Of a stretch of DNA of 25,859 nucleotides, positions 1-8,348 are shown piece after piece. Position 1 is the stretch's first letter, and each line of letters opens with the position of its first letter. The notes beneath the pieces are model-generated. The model searched no databases. It was not told where the DNA came from and was given only the letters and a program-made list of their open reading frames with translations. Made by a program: the position numbers and the translations under genes. Source of the stretch: a virus (lineage: Duplodnaviria; Heunggongvirae; Uroviricota; Caudoviricetes). The stretch is from the IMG/VR virus record IMGVR_UViG_3300029543_000199, one strand, 5' to 3'.

Positions 1-1050
1 AGCGATGTTCTTGCGAGACATACACCGGAAGAATATAAGATGCTTGTGGACAATGTTATGGATGCAGCATTCAGAAGAGACACATTCCAAAGATTAAAAG
101 AGTGTCAGGCGTTGTGCTACAACAGAGCTGAAACCAATGTGGAGGAAAAGATATATTCCATTATTGATGATGTGATGACAGAATTTTCCACGGCAAATGA
201 TGTTCCAATGTTCAAAGACGTTGTTGACGACTGTTGGAGTGAGATTCAATCACGGCAGGGAGATGGGTATGCCGGAATTCAGTTTAAGTTTCCGGCACTG
301 AATGAATACGCAACGATTGAGCCTGGAGAATTATTCATTTTTGCAGCAGAAGCAAAACAAGGAAAATCAATGATGCTTTTGAATTGCGCCGTTGACCTTA
401 TGAAGAAAGACTTGGCTGTTCTATATCTGGACAGTGAGTTAAACACGAGAATGTTCACAGCCAGAATATTAGCTCACATAGCAAAAGTCGAATACAAAAG
501 ACTTACGTCTGGAAATTACAACGAAGAAGAAGCAGCAAGAATTGACGAGGCTAGAAAATGGCTGAAAACAAGAAAATTCACACATTTATACATACCAATG
601 TTCGATCAGCAGACAATCTTCACTGCTGTGAAGAGAGTTCAACATACGATGGGACTTGATGTTTTGATTGTGGATTATTTTAAAGGTTCAGGGGACGGTG
701 ATGCTTTTGATAGCTATCAGGAACTTGGACGTTTCGTGGATATGGTCAAAAACAAAATTTGTGGAGATATGGGTATCTGCGGAATAGGAGCTGCGCAAGC
801 GACTACGACAGGTAAAGTTGCAGATTCAGCTAAGATTGGACGAAATGCAAGTACGATTGCAATTATACAGGATAAGACAGCGGAAGAAGTTGAAGCTGAT
901 GGTGCAGAATGTGGCAATAAAAAACTAAGGGTTATCCTTAATCGAAACGGTATGCAACATGCATCCGGTGAATACATAGATTTACAGTTCAATGGAAACT
1001 TAATTTCCTATGAACAGGCTAAACAGCATATACCAAGCACCCCTTATTAA
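1..1050 (+). CDS. dnaB: DnaB-like replicative helicase (5'-truncated by the window edge)
   Basis: Frame is open from base 1. Walker A AEAKQGKS, YLDSE, Walker B LIVDY, AAQ motif and LNRNG arginine finger. Confidence 0.9.
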   Translation, partial: SDVLARHTPEEYKMLVDNVMDAAFRRDTFQRLKECQALCYNRAETNVEEKIYSIIDDVMTEFSTANDVPMFKDVVDDCWSEIQSRQGDGYAGIQFKFPALNEYATIEPGELFIFAAEAKQGKSMMLLNCAVDLMKKDLAVLYLDSELNTRMFTARILAHIAKVEYKRLTSGNYNEEEAARIDEARKWLKTRKFTHLYIPMFDQQTIFTAVKRVQHTMGLDVLIVDYFKGSGDGDAFDSYQELGRFVDMVKNKICGDMGICGIGAAQATTTGKVADSAKIGRNASTIAIIQDKTAEEVEADGAECGNKKLRVILNRNGMQHASGEYIDLQFNGNLISYEQAKQHIPSTPY

Positions 1051-1052
1051 AC

Positions 1053-1077
1053 TATCAAGCTAATAAAATAATTTACA
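1053..1077 (+). promoter_or_regulatory. 25-bp conserved intergenic motif, copy 1 (TATCAAGCTAATAAAATAATTTACA); candidate phage promoter/operator
   Basis: 24/25 identical to 7331-7355. Both copies lie just after a stop codon and directly before an AAGGAG RBS, and both contain a TAAAAT -10-like hexamer. Confidence 0.7.
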
Positions 1078-1094
1078 TGAAAGGAGACGGCGGT

Positions 1095-2078
1095 GTGGAC
1101 TTAGAAGAACTCATTGATTCAATCGATATCGTTGAATACATATCACAATTTGTAGAACTCGAAGAAAAGAATGGAGAATACTGGGGTCTTAGCCCATTTT
1201 CCGAAGAGAAAACGCCGTCGTTTTCAGTCCGTAGAGAGAGCAATAGTTTCTATTGCTTCTCAAGCGGAATTGGAGGAAACGTATTCACATTCACGAAGTT
1301 CTACTATCAATGCGATGCGAGTAAAGCTGTAGATATTTTAAAGAAATATGCGGGGTGTGATGGTGCAGAATTTGTTCCGAGAAAAAGAATGGCTGCAACG
1401 GTGGCTTGCAGGAAGTATATGAAGAAACAGACACGACGCAAGGAGTCGAAAATTAAGAGATTCCCAGATGATTGCATGGTCAAGTATGAAAAAAGGGAAG
1501 ACAAGCTACAGGTATGGGAAGCAGAGGGAATTTCAAGAGAATCTCTTGATAAGTTTCAGGTGTATTACGACAGTTTCTCAAACAGGCTTGTGTACCCGAT
1601 ACACGATATTGACGGAAATATTGTGAATATTGGTGGAAGAATCTTAGATCCAGAATGGAAAGAGAAAGGAATGCGAAAGTACACATATCTTTCCGGTTGG
1701 GGAGAGATGGGTGTGATTTATGGATTATATGAAAACATGAAATACATCTTAGAAAAGAAAGAAATCATCTTATTTGAGGGATGTAAGTCAGTTCTCATTG
1801 CAGATTCATGGGGAATACATAACGCCGGAGCCTTACTGACAAGCCATTTGAACCCTGTACAAATGAAACTGCTCGCAAAGCTAGGAGTGCGTGTCGTATT
1901 CGCATTAGATAAGGAAGTAAACATCAAAAAAGATCATAACATCAACAAATTGAAACAGTACGTGAATGTTGAGTATGTGTGGGACAAAGACAATTTATTA
2001 GAAGAGAAAGATTCTCCAGTAGATAAGGGGGTTAATGTATATGATTCGGTATACGAACATAGGCTACGCTTCAAGTAG
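1095..2078 (+). CDS. dnaG: DnaG-type DNA primase (CHC2-like N-terminus + TOPRIM)
   Basis: DIVEYIS...PF..EKTPSF...FYCF..G.GGNVFTF, RLVYPIHD..G.IV..GGR, KY, FEG. GTG start at 1095 preferred because AAGGAG lies at 1081-1086. Confidence 0.9.
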   Translation: MDLEELIDSIDIVEYISQFVELEEKNGEYWGLSPFSEEKTPSFSVRRESNSFYCFSSGIGGNVFTFTKFYYQCDASKAVDILKKYAGCDGAEFVPRKRMAATVACRKYMKKQTRRKESKIKRFPDDCMVKYEKREDKLQVWEAEGISRESLDKFQVYYDSFSNRLVYPIHDIDGNIVNIGGRILDPEWKEKGMRKYTYLSGWGEMGVIYGLYENMKYILEKKEIILFEGCKSVLIADSWGIHNAGALLTSHLNPVQMKLLAKLGVRVVFALDKEVNIKKDHNINKLKQYVNVEYVWDKDNLLEEKDSPVDKGVNVYDSVYEHRLRFK

Positions 2079-2481
2079 CACGAATGATGGTGGCTTTTAC
2101 AGACGTCCTGGATATATCGGTGCAACGCACGCGAGACAGAGAGATAGAAATGCAAGATGCACTGTATATGACGATATTGAACTCACAGATATATCAAAAC
2201 TTTTGGCATTATTTCAAATACCAATGAAGTTTGACAGTGGAAATCCAAGACCATTAGAGAGCATTGTACTTGATGTCATTAAAAAGTACACAAGTACGCA
2301 TGATCCATATACAAGCGGAATGTTAATTGATTTAGCAGAACGGATAAATCAGATTGTAGTAAAGAGTTTAGAGAGCGGAATGAATCATTCTGAGATTACG
2401 GCTGATGTTTTAATTGAGCCGGAAGTAGATGATACGAAGTTAGATGCATTCCTCCAAGGGTTCACAGTAAAGGAGGGATAA
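2035..2481 (+). CDS. Hypothetical phage protein (C-terminal motif shared with 5646-6065)
   Basis: 148-aa ORF filling the gap between dnaG and dnaE, with G-rich RBS AAGGGGG upstream. Start uncertain (2035 or 2041). Confidence 0.65.
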   Translation: MYMIRYTNIGYASSSTNDGGFYRRPGYIGATHARQRDRNARCTVYDDIELTDISKLLALFQIPMKFDSGNPRPLESIVLDVIKKYTSTHDPYTSGMLIDLAERINQIVVKSLESGMNHSEITADVLIEPEVDDTKLDAFLQGFTVKEG

Positions 2482-2486
2482 AGGAT

Positions 2487-5400
2487 TTGGACACAAGAGA
2501 AGATTATTATGAAATGTACCACTGTCATACAGAGCTGAGTCTCTTGGATAGTTGTACAAAATATCAAGAGTATGTTGATCTGGCTGTAAAGAATGGTCAG
2601 AAAGCATTATCTATTTCAGAACATGGTAAGCCGATGAACTGGACTGAGAAGTGGGCTGCATGTAAGAAAGCAGGGCTGAGATACATACATTCAGTAGAAA
2701 TATACTTAACAGAGCAGTTAGAACCAAAGGTGAGAGATAACTATCATACCGTTCTGATGGCAAGAAATATGGCTGGTGTATTAGAATTGAATGAATTGAT
2801 TACAAAATCCTGTGATAAGGAGCATTCGTACTACACTAACAGAATTTCATTCGATGAGTTTCTGAATATATCGGACAACATCATTTCGACAAGCGCTTGC
2901 TTGGCATCTCCATTAAATAAGTTACCACAAGATCACCCAAGATATATGGAACTTGCCAGAAAATATGACTTCTTTGAAGTACAAGCACATAACCATCCGG
3001 ATCAGATAGCATTCAATAAGAGGCTTCTATCACTGTCAAGACTGACCGGTACACCGCTGATCGCAGGAACAGATACGCATAGCTCTACAAAGTATAAAGC
3101 TGAATGTAGAGCAGCACTGATGGCTGCCAAAGGCAAATCGTATGGGGATGAGGATGCGTTTGATTTAACATACAAGACATATGATGAGCTTGTAGAGATG
3201 TTCAGAGTACAGGGTGCATTACCGGAAGATGAGTATATGCAGGCGATAAGAAATACTCATCAGTTATATGATTTAACAGAAGATATTGAGCTTGATACGT
3301 CAATCAAGTATCCAATTCTGTATGGGTCACGAGAAGCTGACTCTCAGAAGTTTACAGAGACGGTTTATAAAAAGCTTGAAGAGAAACTCGAATCAGGCGT
3401 AATACCTAGAAGTCAAGAGGCTGCATTTAGGGAAGCAATCGAAGAGGAACTTCGAGTATTTAGAAAGCTTAAAATGGATGGATTCATGCTGTCAATGTCA
3501 GAACTGATTTCATGGTGCAAAGAGCAGGGAATGGCAATCGGTACAGCGAGAGGTTCAGTTGGCGGGTCGAGAGTAGCATATGTAACAGATGTAATTGATC
3601 TGAACCCGGAAACATGGCATACAGTATTCTCCAGATTTTGTAATGAAGATAGAGAAGAAATCGGTGATATTGATATTGACTGTGTTGAGTCTGACAGACC
3701 AGCCATTTTCCAATATATCATTCAGAGGTTCGGAGCAGATAAGACAGCGAGAGTTGCCTCATTCGGAACGTTACAGGATAAAGGTGTTATCGATGAGGTT
3801 GGAAGATTCTTAGCACAGAAATGGAATAAGTCACATCCGAATGGCGGCAGTAATCCGTGGTCTCTGCCAGCAATAGCCAAAATCAAAGAAGAGTATGCAT
3901 CTAATCCAGAAAAAGCTAAAGCGAAACATAAGGAACTGTTCTACTATTTTGACGGATTGCTTGATACGAAGATATCACAGTCAGTACATCCGGCAGGAAT
4001 GGTAATTAGCCCGATCACATTGGATGATAATTTTGGAATATTCGAGAAAGACGGAGAGATGTGCCTGATGCTGGACATGGAAAATATCCATGATTATACA
4101 GGTCTTGCGAAATACGACTTTCTTATCCTGAAAACGGTGCAGGTAATCAGAGATACATGTAGATACCTTAATAGCCCATATCCAAAGACACATGAGATTG
4201 ACTGGGATGACCAAGCTGTGTGGGAAGATATGATTAAGAATCCATCAGGTATATTCCAGTTTGAGGGTGCATTTGCATTTGAGAGTTTAAAGAAATTCAC
4301 TCCAAAAAGTATCTTTGATATGTCGATTGTAACAGCATGTATCAGACCATCTGGTGCATCATATAGAGATGCACTACTTGCGAGGACACCTCATAGCAAC
4401 CCATCAGAAATCATTGATGAGCTACTGAAAGATAATCTTGGATATCTGATTTACCAAGAGGATACAATCAAATTCCTGCAGCAGATTTGTGGTCTATCAG
4501 GAAGTGAGGCTGATAACATCAGGCGAGCAATCGGTAGAAAGCAGAAAGACAGACTTGATGCGGCAATGCCATCTATATTAGAGGGGTACTGTGAGAAGTC
4601 TCCACAGCCAAGAGCAGTTGCTGAATCGGAAGCGAAAGAGTTTCTACAGATTATTGAGGACAGTGCTTCTTATCAGTTCGGATACAACCATTCAATAGCA
4701 TACTGCTTACTTGGATACCTGTGTGCTTACTATAGATATTACCATCCGCTTGAGTTCATCACATCATTCCTAAATAATGCAGCGAATGAGGATGATATCC
4801 GTAACGGTACAGCTTATGCACATAAGATTGGCATACAGGTTACGATGCCAAAATGGGGATTATCCAAGAGTGAGTATTTCTTTGATAGTGAAAAGAAAGT
4901 TATTGCAAAAGGATTAAGCTCTATTAAATATATGAGTTCCGGTCTGGCAGAAGAAATGTTTGAGATGGCTCATAGAAAGAAATACAGAAGCTTCATGGAT
5001 TTACTTTGTGATCTGAATACAAACTCATCCTTGAAGACGAATCAGCTTGACATACTCATCAAAATTGATTTCTTCTCTGAGTTTGGCAATCAGAGAGAAC
5101 TGCTGAAAATAACAGAGCTGTTTTATGATATGTTCAAGAAAGGACAAGCCAAGCAGATTAAAAAGGAAAGAGTAGACGGAACGCCACTCGAAAGCATTGT
5201 TAAGAAGTATGCGGTAGGTGTTACAAAGAGTGGAGGAATTGCAAAAAGCTATACATTGCTTGATGTGATGTCTATTATGCATGAGGCGGAAGATGCAGTC
5301 AAAGAGTTACATATGGATGACCTTAGTATTGTAGTCAAGGTCAGAAACTTTGCAGAAGTCATGGGATATGTTGGATACGTATCAGGTAGAGAAGAAGACA

Positions 5401-5636
5401 GGAAAAAGCTGTATGTCTCTGATGTATACGAGCTTGTACGACGGAAAGACAATAAACAGTTCGGATATTCAATCATTACAAAGTCTATCGGAAGCGGAGT
5501 TGAGAGCAGATTTACAGTTGTAAATAGTGTATACAACGTAGACCCAATACAGAAAGGCGACATCATCTACTGCAAAGGATGGGAAAGAAATGGTCAATAT
5601 TTCAGACTGACAAGGTTTGAAAAGATACTTTATTAG
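2487..5636 (+). CDS. dnaE: DNA polymerase III alpha subunit (family C, DnaE-like) with PHP domain
   Basis: PHP motifs HCHTELSLLDS, SEHG, SACL, GTDTH; RGSVGGS; catalytic DIDID; KYDFL; GIFQFE; YQE; FGYNHSIAY. TTG start after GGAGG. Confidence 0.95.
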   Translation: MDTREDYYEMYHCHTELSLLDSCTKYQEYVDLAVKNGQKALSISEHGKPMNWTEKWAACKKAGLRYIHSVEIYLTEQLEPKVRDNYHTVLMARNMAGVLELNELITKSCDKEHSYYTNRISFDEFLNISDNIISTSACLASPLNKLPQDHPRYMELARKYDFFEVQAHNHPDQIAFNKRLLSLSRLTGTPLIAGTDTHSSTKYKAECRAALMAAKGKSYGDEDAFDLTYKTYDELVEMFRVQGALPEDEYMQAIRNTHQLYDLTEDIELDTSIKYPILYGSREADSQKFTETVYKKLEEKLESGVIPRSQEAAFREAIEEELRVFRKLKMDGFMLSMSELISWCKEQGMAIGTARGSVGGSRVAYVTDVIDLNPETWHTVFSRFCNEDREEIGDIDIDCVESDRPAIFQYIIQRFGADKTARVASFGTLQDKGVIDEVGRFLAQKWNKSHPNGGSNPWSLPAIAKIKEEYASNPEKAKAKHKELFYYFDGLLDTKISQSVHPAGMVISPITLDDNFGIFEKDGEMCLMLDMENIHDYTGLAKYDFLILKTVQVIRDTCRYLNSPYPKTHEIDWDDQAVWEDMIKNPSGIFQFEGAFAFESLKKFTPKSIFDMSIVTACIRPSGASYRDALLARTPHSNPSEIIDELLKDNLGYLIYQEDTIKFLQQICGLSGSEADNIRRAIGRKQKDRLDAAMPSILEGYCEKSPQPRAVAESEAKEFLQIIEDSASYQFGYNHSIAYCLLGYLCAYYRYYHPLEFITSFLNNAANEDDIRNGTAYAHKIGIQVTMPKWGLSKSEYFFDSEKKVIAKGLSSIKYMSSGLAEEMFEMAHRKKYRSFMDLLCDLNTNSSLKTNQLDILIKIDFFSEFGNQRELLKITELFYDMFKKGQAKQIKKERVDGTPLESIVKKYAVGVTKSGGIAKSYTLLDVMSIMHEAEDAVKELHMDDLSIVVKVRNFAEVMGYVGYVSGREEDRKKLYVSDVYELVRRKDNKQFGYSIITKSIGSGVESRFTVVNSVYNVDPIQKGDIIYCKGWERNGQYFRLTRFEKILY

Positions 5637-5645
5637 GAGGCACGC

Positions 5646-6065
5646 ATGGAGATATTAACAGATGCTACACTCAGTAAATTACTTGCGGAGTGTGCTAAAT
5701 ACGAAAATTATATTGGTGCAATCTTATTCGAGAGTCGTGACAGAGAAGCTGAATTCCTCAACGAAATTAAATCGTTAGGAAATGACTGGACAATAAATGT
5801 AAGGCTCGGACGGATAAAGTGCAAAAATAACAACAGCCACATTTACACATTTACCATCAATAGGAACTTTGAGGAAAAGATACGAGGAATGGAATTTAAC
5901 AGTATGCTACTCGATGGAGCTTGTGGAGCGGATGATGTGGTCGTATACATATATGGTCAGTCGTTAGTTAAATACATGAGCACACAAAATGTGGAAGAAA
6001 TGACCACGAAGACATCTGATACAGCACTGACGAATTTCCTTGATGAGTTCACAATTAAAGAATAG
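5646..6065 (+). CDS. Hypothetical phage protein with a degenerate P-loop/terminase-like Walker-B segment
   Basis: AGGAGG RBS. The segment KNNNSHIYTF...KIRGMEFNSMLLD resembles the NGS.I...RG...hhhDE segment of terminase ATPases, but no Walker A is present. Confidence 0.75.
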   Translation: MEILTDATLSKLLAECAKYENYIGAILFESRDREAEFLNEIKSLGNDWTINVRLGRIKCKNNNSHIYTFTINRNFEEKIRGMEFNSMLLDGACGADDVVVYIYGQSLVKYMSTQNVEEMTTKTSDTALTNFLDEFTIKE

Positions 6066-6239
6066 AGGTGGTACAGATGTTGTTATGGATGTTAATGGTT
6101 GTCGGAGAATTGACCGGATCGCATTATTTCAGTGCGAATGTTTAGTTTATCTTCACTATTATATGCTGGTTCTGGCATGTTTGCATGTCTAATTAGGATA
6201 TAAAATAATAGTTTTATATACGGATTGGAGGTGATATAG

Positions 6240-6437
6240 ATGGCTAAAAAAGTATATTGCAACAAGTGTGGAAAAGAAATGGACTTCTGGGACAGACAAG
6301 AAGAATTTTCAATCCATACAAAATGTGGGTATGGAACAAAATATGACGGGTCAACAATAGAATTAGACCTGTGTTGCGATTGCATGGAAGAACTTGTAGA
6401 TAGTTGTAAGATTTCTCCTGTAATCGATAATACATAA
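6240..6437 (+). CDS. Small Cys-rich zinc-ribbon phage protein
   Basis: GGAGGT RBS; CNKC...LDLCCDC. Confidence 0.8.
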   Translation: MAKKVYCNKCGKEMDFWDRQEEFSIHTKCGYGTKYDGSTIELDLCCDCMEELVDSCKISPVIDNT

Positions 6438-6465
6438 TAAATCCAAAAGGAAGGAAGTGATAGGT

Positions 6466-6672
6466 ATGGCAGTAATAGAAGTATGTGACATCTGTGATAA
6501 GAAAGTCGATATGTCTGATGGAATTACTATTAAATGCTCGGACAATAAGGGATTCAGTTTTATTTGTGGCGACGCTGTAAGATATGAGAGAAACTATGAC
6601 GTAAGAGTTTGTGATAAGTGTGTGGAAAAGATTAAGGCGTATTGTAGAAGACATAAAGGAGTTATGCATTGA
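6466..6672 (+). CDS. Small Cys-rich zinc-ribbon phage protein
   Basis: CDIC...VCDKC, same architecture as the preceding gene. ATG at 6466 (alternative GTG at 6457). Confidence 0.75.
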   Translation: MAVIEVCDICDKKVDMSDGITIKCSDNKGFSFICGDAVRYERNYDVRVCDKCVEKIKAYCRRHKGVMH

Positions 6673-7322
6673 AGAATACATTAAGAAAAAGAATAATTCG
6701 TGTTGTTTCTGCGTCAGCAGTCATAGCCATAACCTTGATGTTCGGAATTTCAGTATCAAGTTCAGAAGAAGAGGTTGTAAAAGCAGATACTCCAAACGCA
6801 TCTGTACAACCCCTGGTGATTGAGACAGTAGAAAAGAGTGTGGAGCCACAAGATACAGTAACAGAAACAGTAGAAGTAGATGAGCCAGAAGAAGTGACTG
6901 TTGAAACAGAGGAAGAACCATATATTACGATATATTATACAGAGCAAGATGTAATTGATATAGCCAAGGTATTATATAACGAATGTAGAGGCGTCGTAAG
7001 TAAGACAGAGCAGGCATGTGTGGCGTGGACAATCTTGAACAGAGCTGACAATCATGGCTTGAGTATTTCAGAAGTAATCAGAGCGAAAAATCAATTCGCA
7101 TTCAATGAGAATACGACAGTAGATGACAGCTTACTCAATTTAGCGTCTGACGTTTTATGGAGATGGAATAGTGAGAAGAATGGGGAGACAGAAGTCGGCA
7201 GAGTTCTTCCAAAGGAATATACATATTTTGCAGGACGATGTGGTCATAATTACTTCCGAAATGGATTTGATGGCGAATACAGCATATGGGATTACTCATT
7301 GGAAAGCCCATACGAAAATTAA
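6669..7322 (+). CDS. SleB/Hydrolase_2-family cell-wall hydrolase with N-terminal signal/anchor and acidic linker
   Basis: Basic N-terminus plus hydrophobic helix, Glu/Val/Thr-rich linker, then IAKVLYNECRG...VAWTILNR...VIRAKNQF...HNYF. Confidence 0.85.
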   Translation: MKNTLRKRIIRVVSASAVIAITLMFGISVSSSEEEVVKADTPNASVQPLVIETVEKSVEPQDTVTETVEVDEPEEVTVETEEEPYITIYYTEQDVIDIAKVLYNECRGVVSKTEQACVAWTILNRADNHGLSISEVIRAKNQFAFNENTTVDDSLLNLASDVLWRWNSEKNGETEVGRVLPKEYTYFAGRCGHNYFRNGFDGEYSIWDYSLESPYEN

Positions 7323-7330
7323 ATACGCGT

Positions 7331-7355
7331 TATCATGCTAATAAAATAATTTACA
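7331..7355 (+). promoter_or_regulatory. 25-bp conserved intergenic motif, copy 2 (TATCATGCTAATAAAATAATTTACA)
   Basis: 24/25 identical to 1053-1077; abuts the AAGGAG RBS of thyX. Confidence 0.7.
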
Positions 7356-7366
7356 AGGAGTAGGAA

Positions 7367-7903
7367 ATGAAAGTAGAGATTTTAAAGCACCCAACAGAAG
7401 AAGACTGGAATTTATGCCAGACATGTACATTAGTCACTGTATGGAAGAAACCTGTTAAGGCTCCTACGGATGCATGGAAGACGAGACTTCTTAAAGCAAA
7501 TCATTCTCCAATTAGAACATTGCAGTTCTGCTTTAGACTGACAGATATTCCATACTGGGTATCCGTACATCTTGTACGACATGTTCATGCAACACCGTTT
7601 GTATCTACTCAGAGAGATGACAGACAGAAGAAATATGAGAGAGGAGCTGCAAGACAGGATGCTATGGTGACAATGTGCTGGTATATGAATGCAGAAGAAC
7701 TGATTACGATTGCGCATAAACGTCTGTGTATGCAGGCTTCAAAAGAAACGAGAGAAATTGTTCAAATGATTTGCGATGAGGTCATCAAGGTTAATCCAGA
7801 ATTTAAAGAACTTCTCGTTCCGAATTGCCAATACCGTGGCGGTATTTGTGAGGAATTCAACTGTTGTGGATTGAATCAGAAATACTTGCTTTCTAACGAA
7901 TAG
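7367..7903 (+). CDS. thyX: FAD-dependent thymidylate synthase (short phage-type ThyX)
   Basis: HSPIR, VSVHLVRH...STQR, N..ELI..AHKRLC..A..ETR, VPNC.Y.G.C.E; lies among nucleotide-metabolism genes. Confidence 0.85.
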   Translation: MKVEILKHPTEEDWNLCQTCTLVTVWKKPVKAPTDAWKTRLLKANHSPIRTLQFCFRLTDIPYWVSVHLVRHVHATPFVSTQRDDRQKKYERGAARQDAMVTMCWYMNAEELITIAHKRLCMQASKETREIVQMICDEVIKVNPEFKELLVPNCQYRGGICEEFNCCGLNQKYLLSNE

Positions 7904-7907
7904 AGAG

Positions 7908-8348
7908 GTGAGTTCAATGGAAAGCAGAATCCATAACAAGCGCAAGATGAAACAGCTTATAGACTTCAAGGGATGCGCTGTAGATGGCGGTATGTATCCA
8001 ACAGATATAGACGGTGTGATTGAGTACAAAGACTCAAAATACATAATTTTCGAGGTGAAGTATGGAGATTCAGAGATTCCAATCGGTCAGAGATTGGCAC
8101 TTCAAAGAATGGTAGACGACTTCACTAAATCCGGTAAACAGGCAATCGTGCTTATATGTTCTCATACGGTCAAGAATCCAAACAAGCCAGTTGTTATGGC
8201 GTGGTGCAACGTCAGAGAGATTTACTATGGCGATGAGAAACGATGGCGCACTCCAGATAGAGAAATCAAAGTCAGGGAAGCGATTGATTGTTTTCAAAAA
8301 TATTCAAATATTGTCTTACACAAAGAAGAGGAGGAGGCTAAAGAATGA
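7908..8348 (+). CDS. Hypothetical protein, possible PD-(D/E)XK nuclease fold
   Basis: PTDIDGVIE...IIFEVK followed by the GQRLAL helix, as in restriction-endonuclease-like/VRR-NUC folds. GTG start after GAGAG. Confidence 0.65.
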   Translation: MSSMESRIHNKRKMKQLIDFKGCAVDGGMYPTDIDGVIEYKDSKYIIFEVKYGDSEIPIGQRLALQRMVDDFTKSGKQAIVLICSHTVKNPNKPVVMAWCNVREIYYGDEKRWRTPDREIKVREAIDCFQKYSNIVLHKEEEEAKE

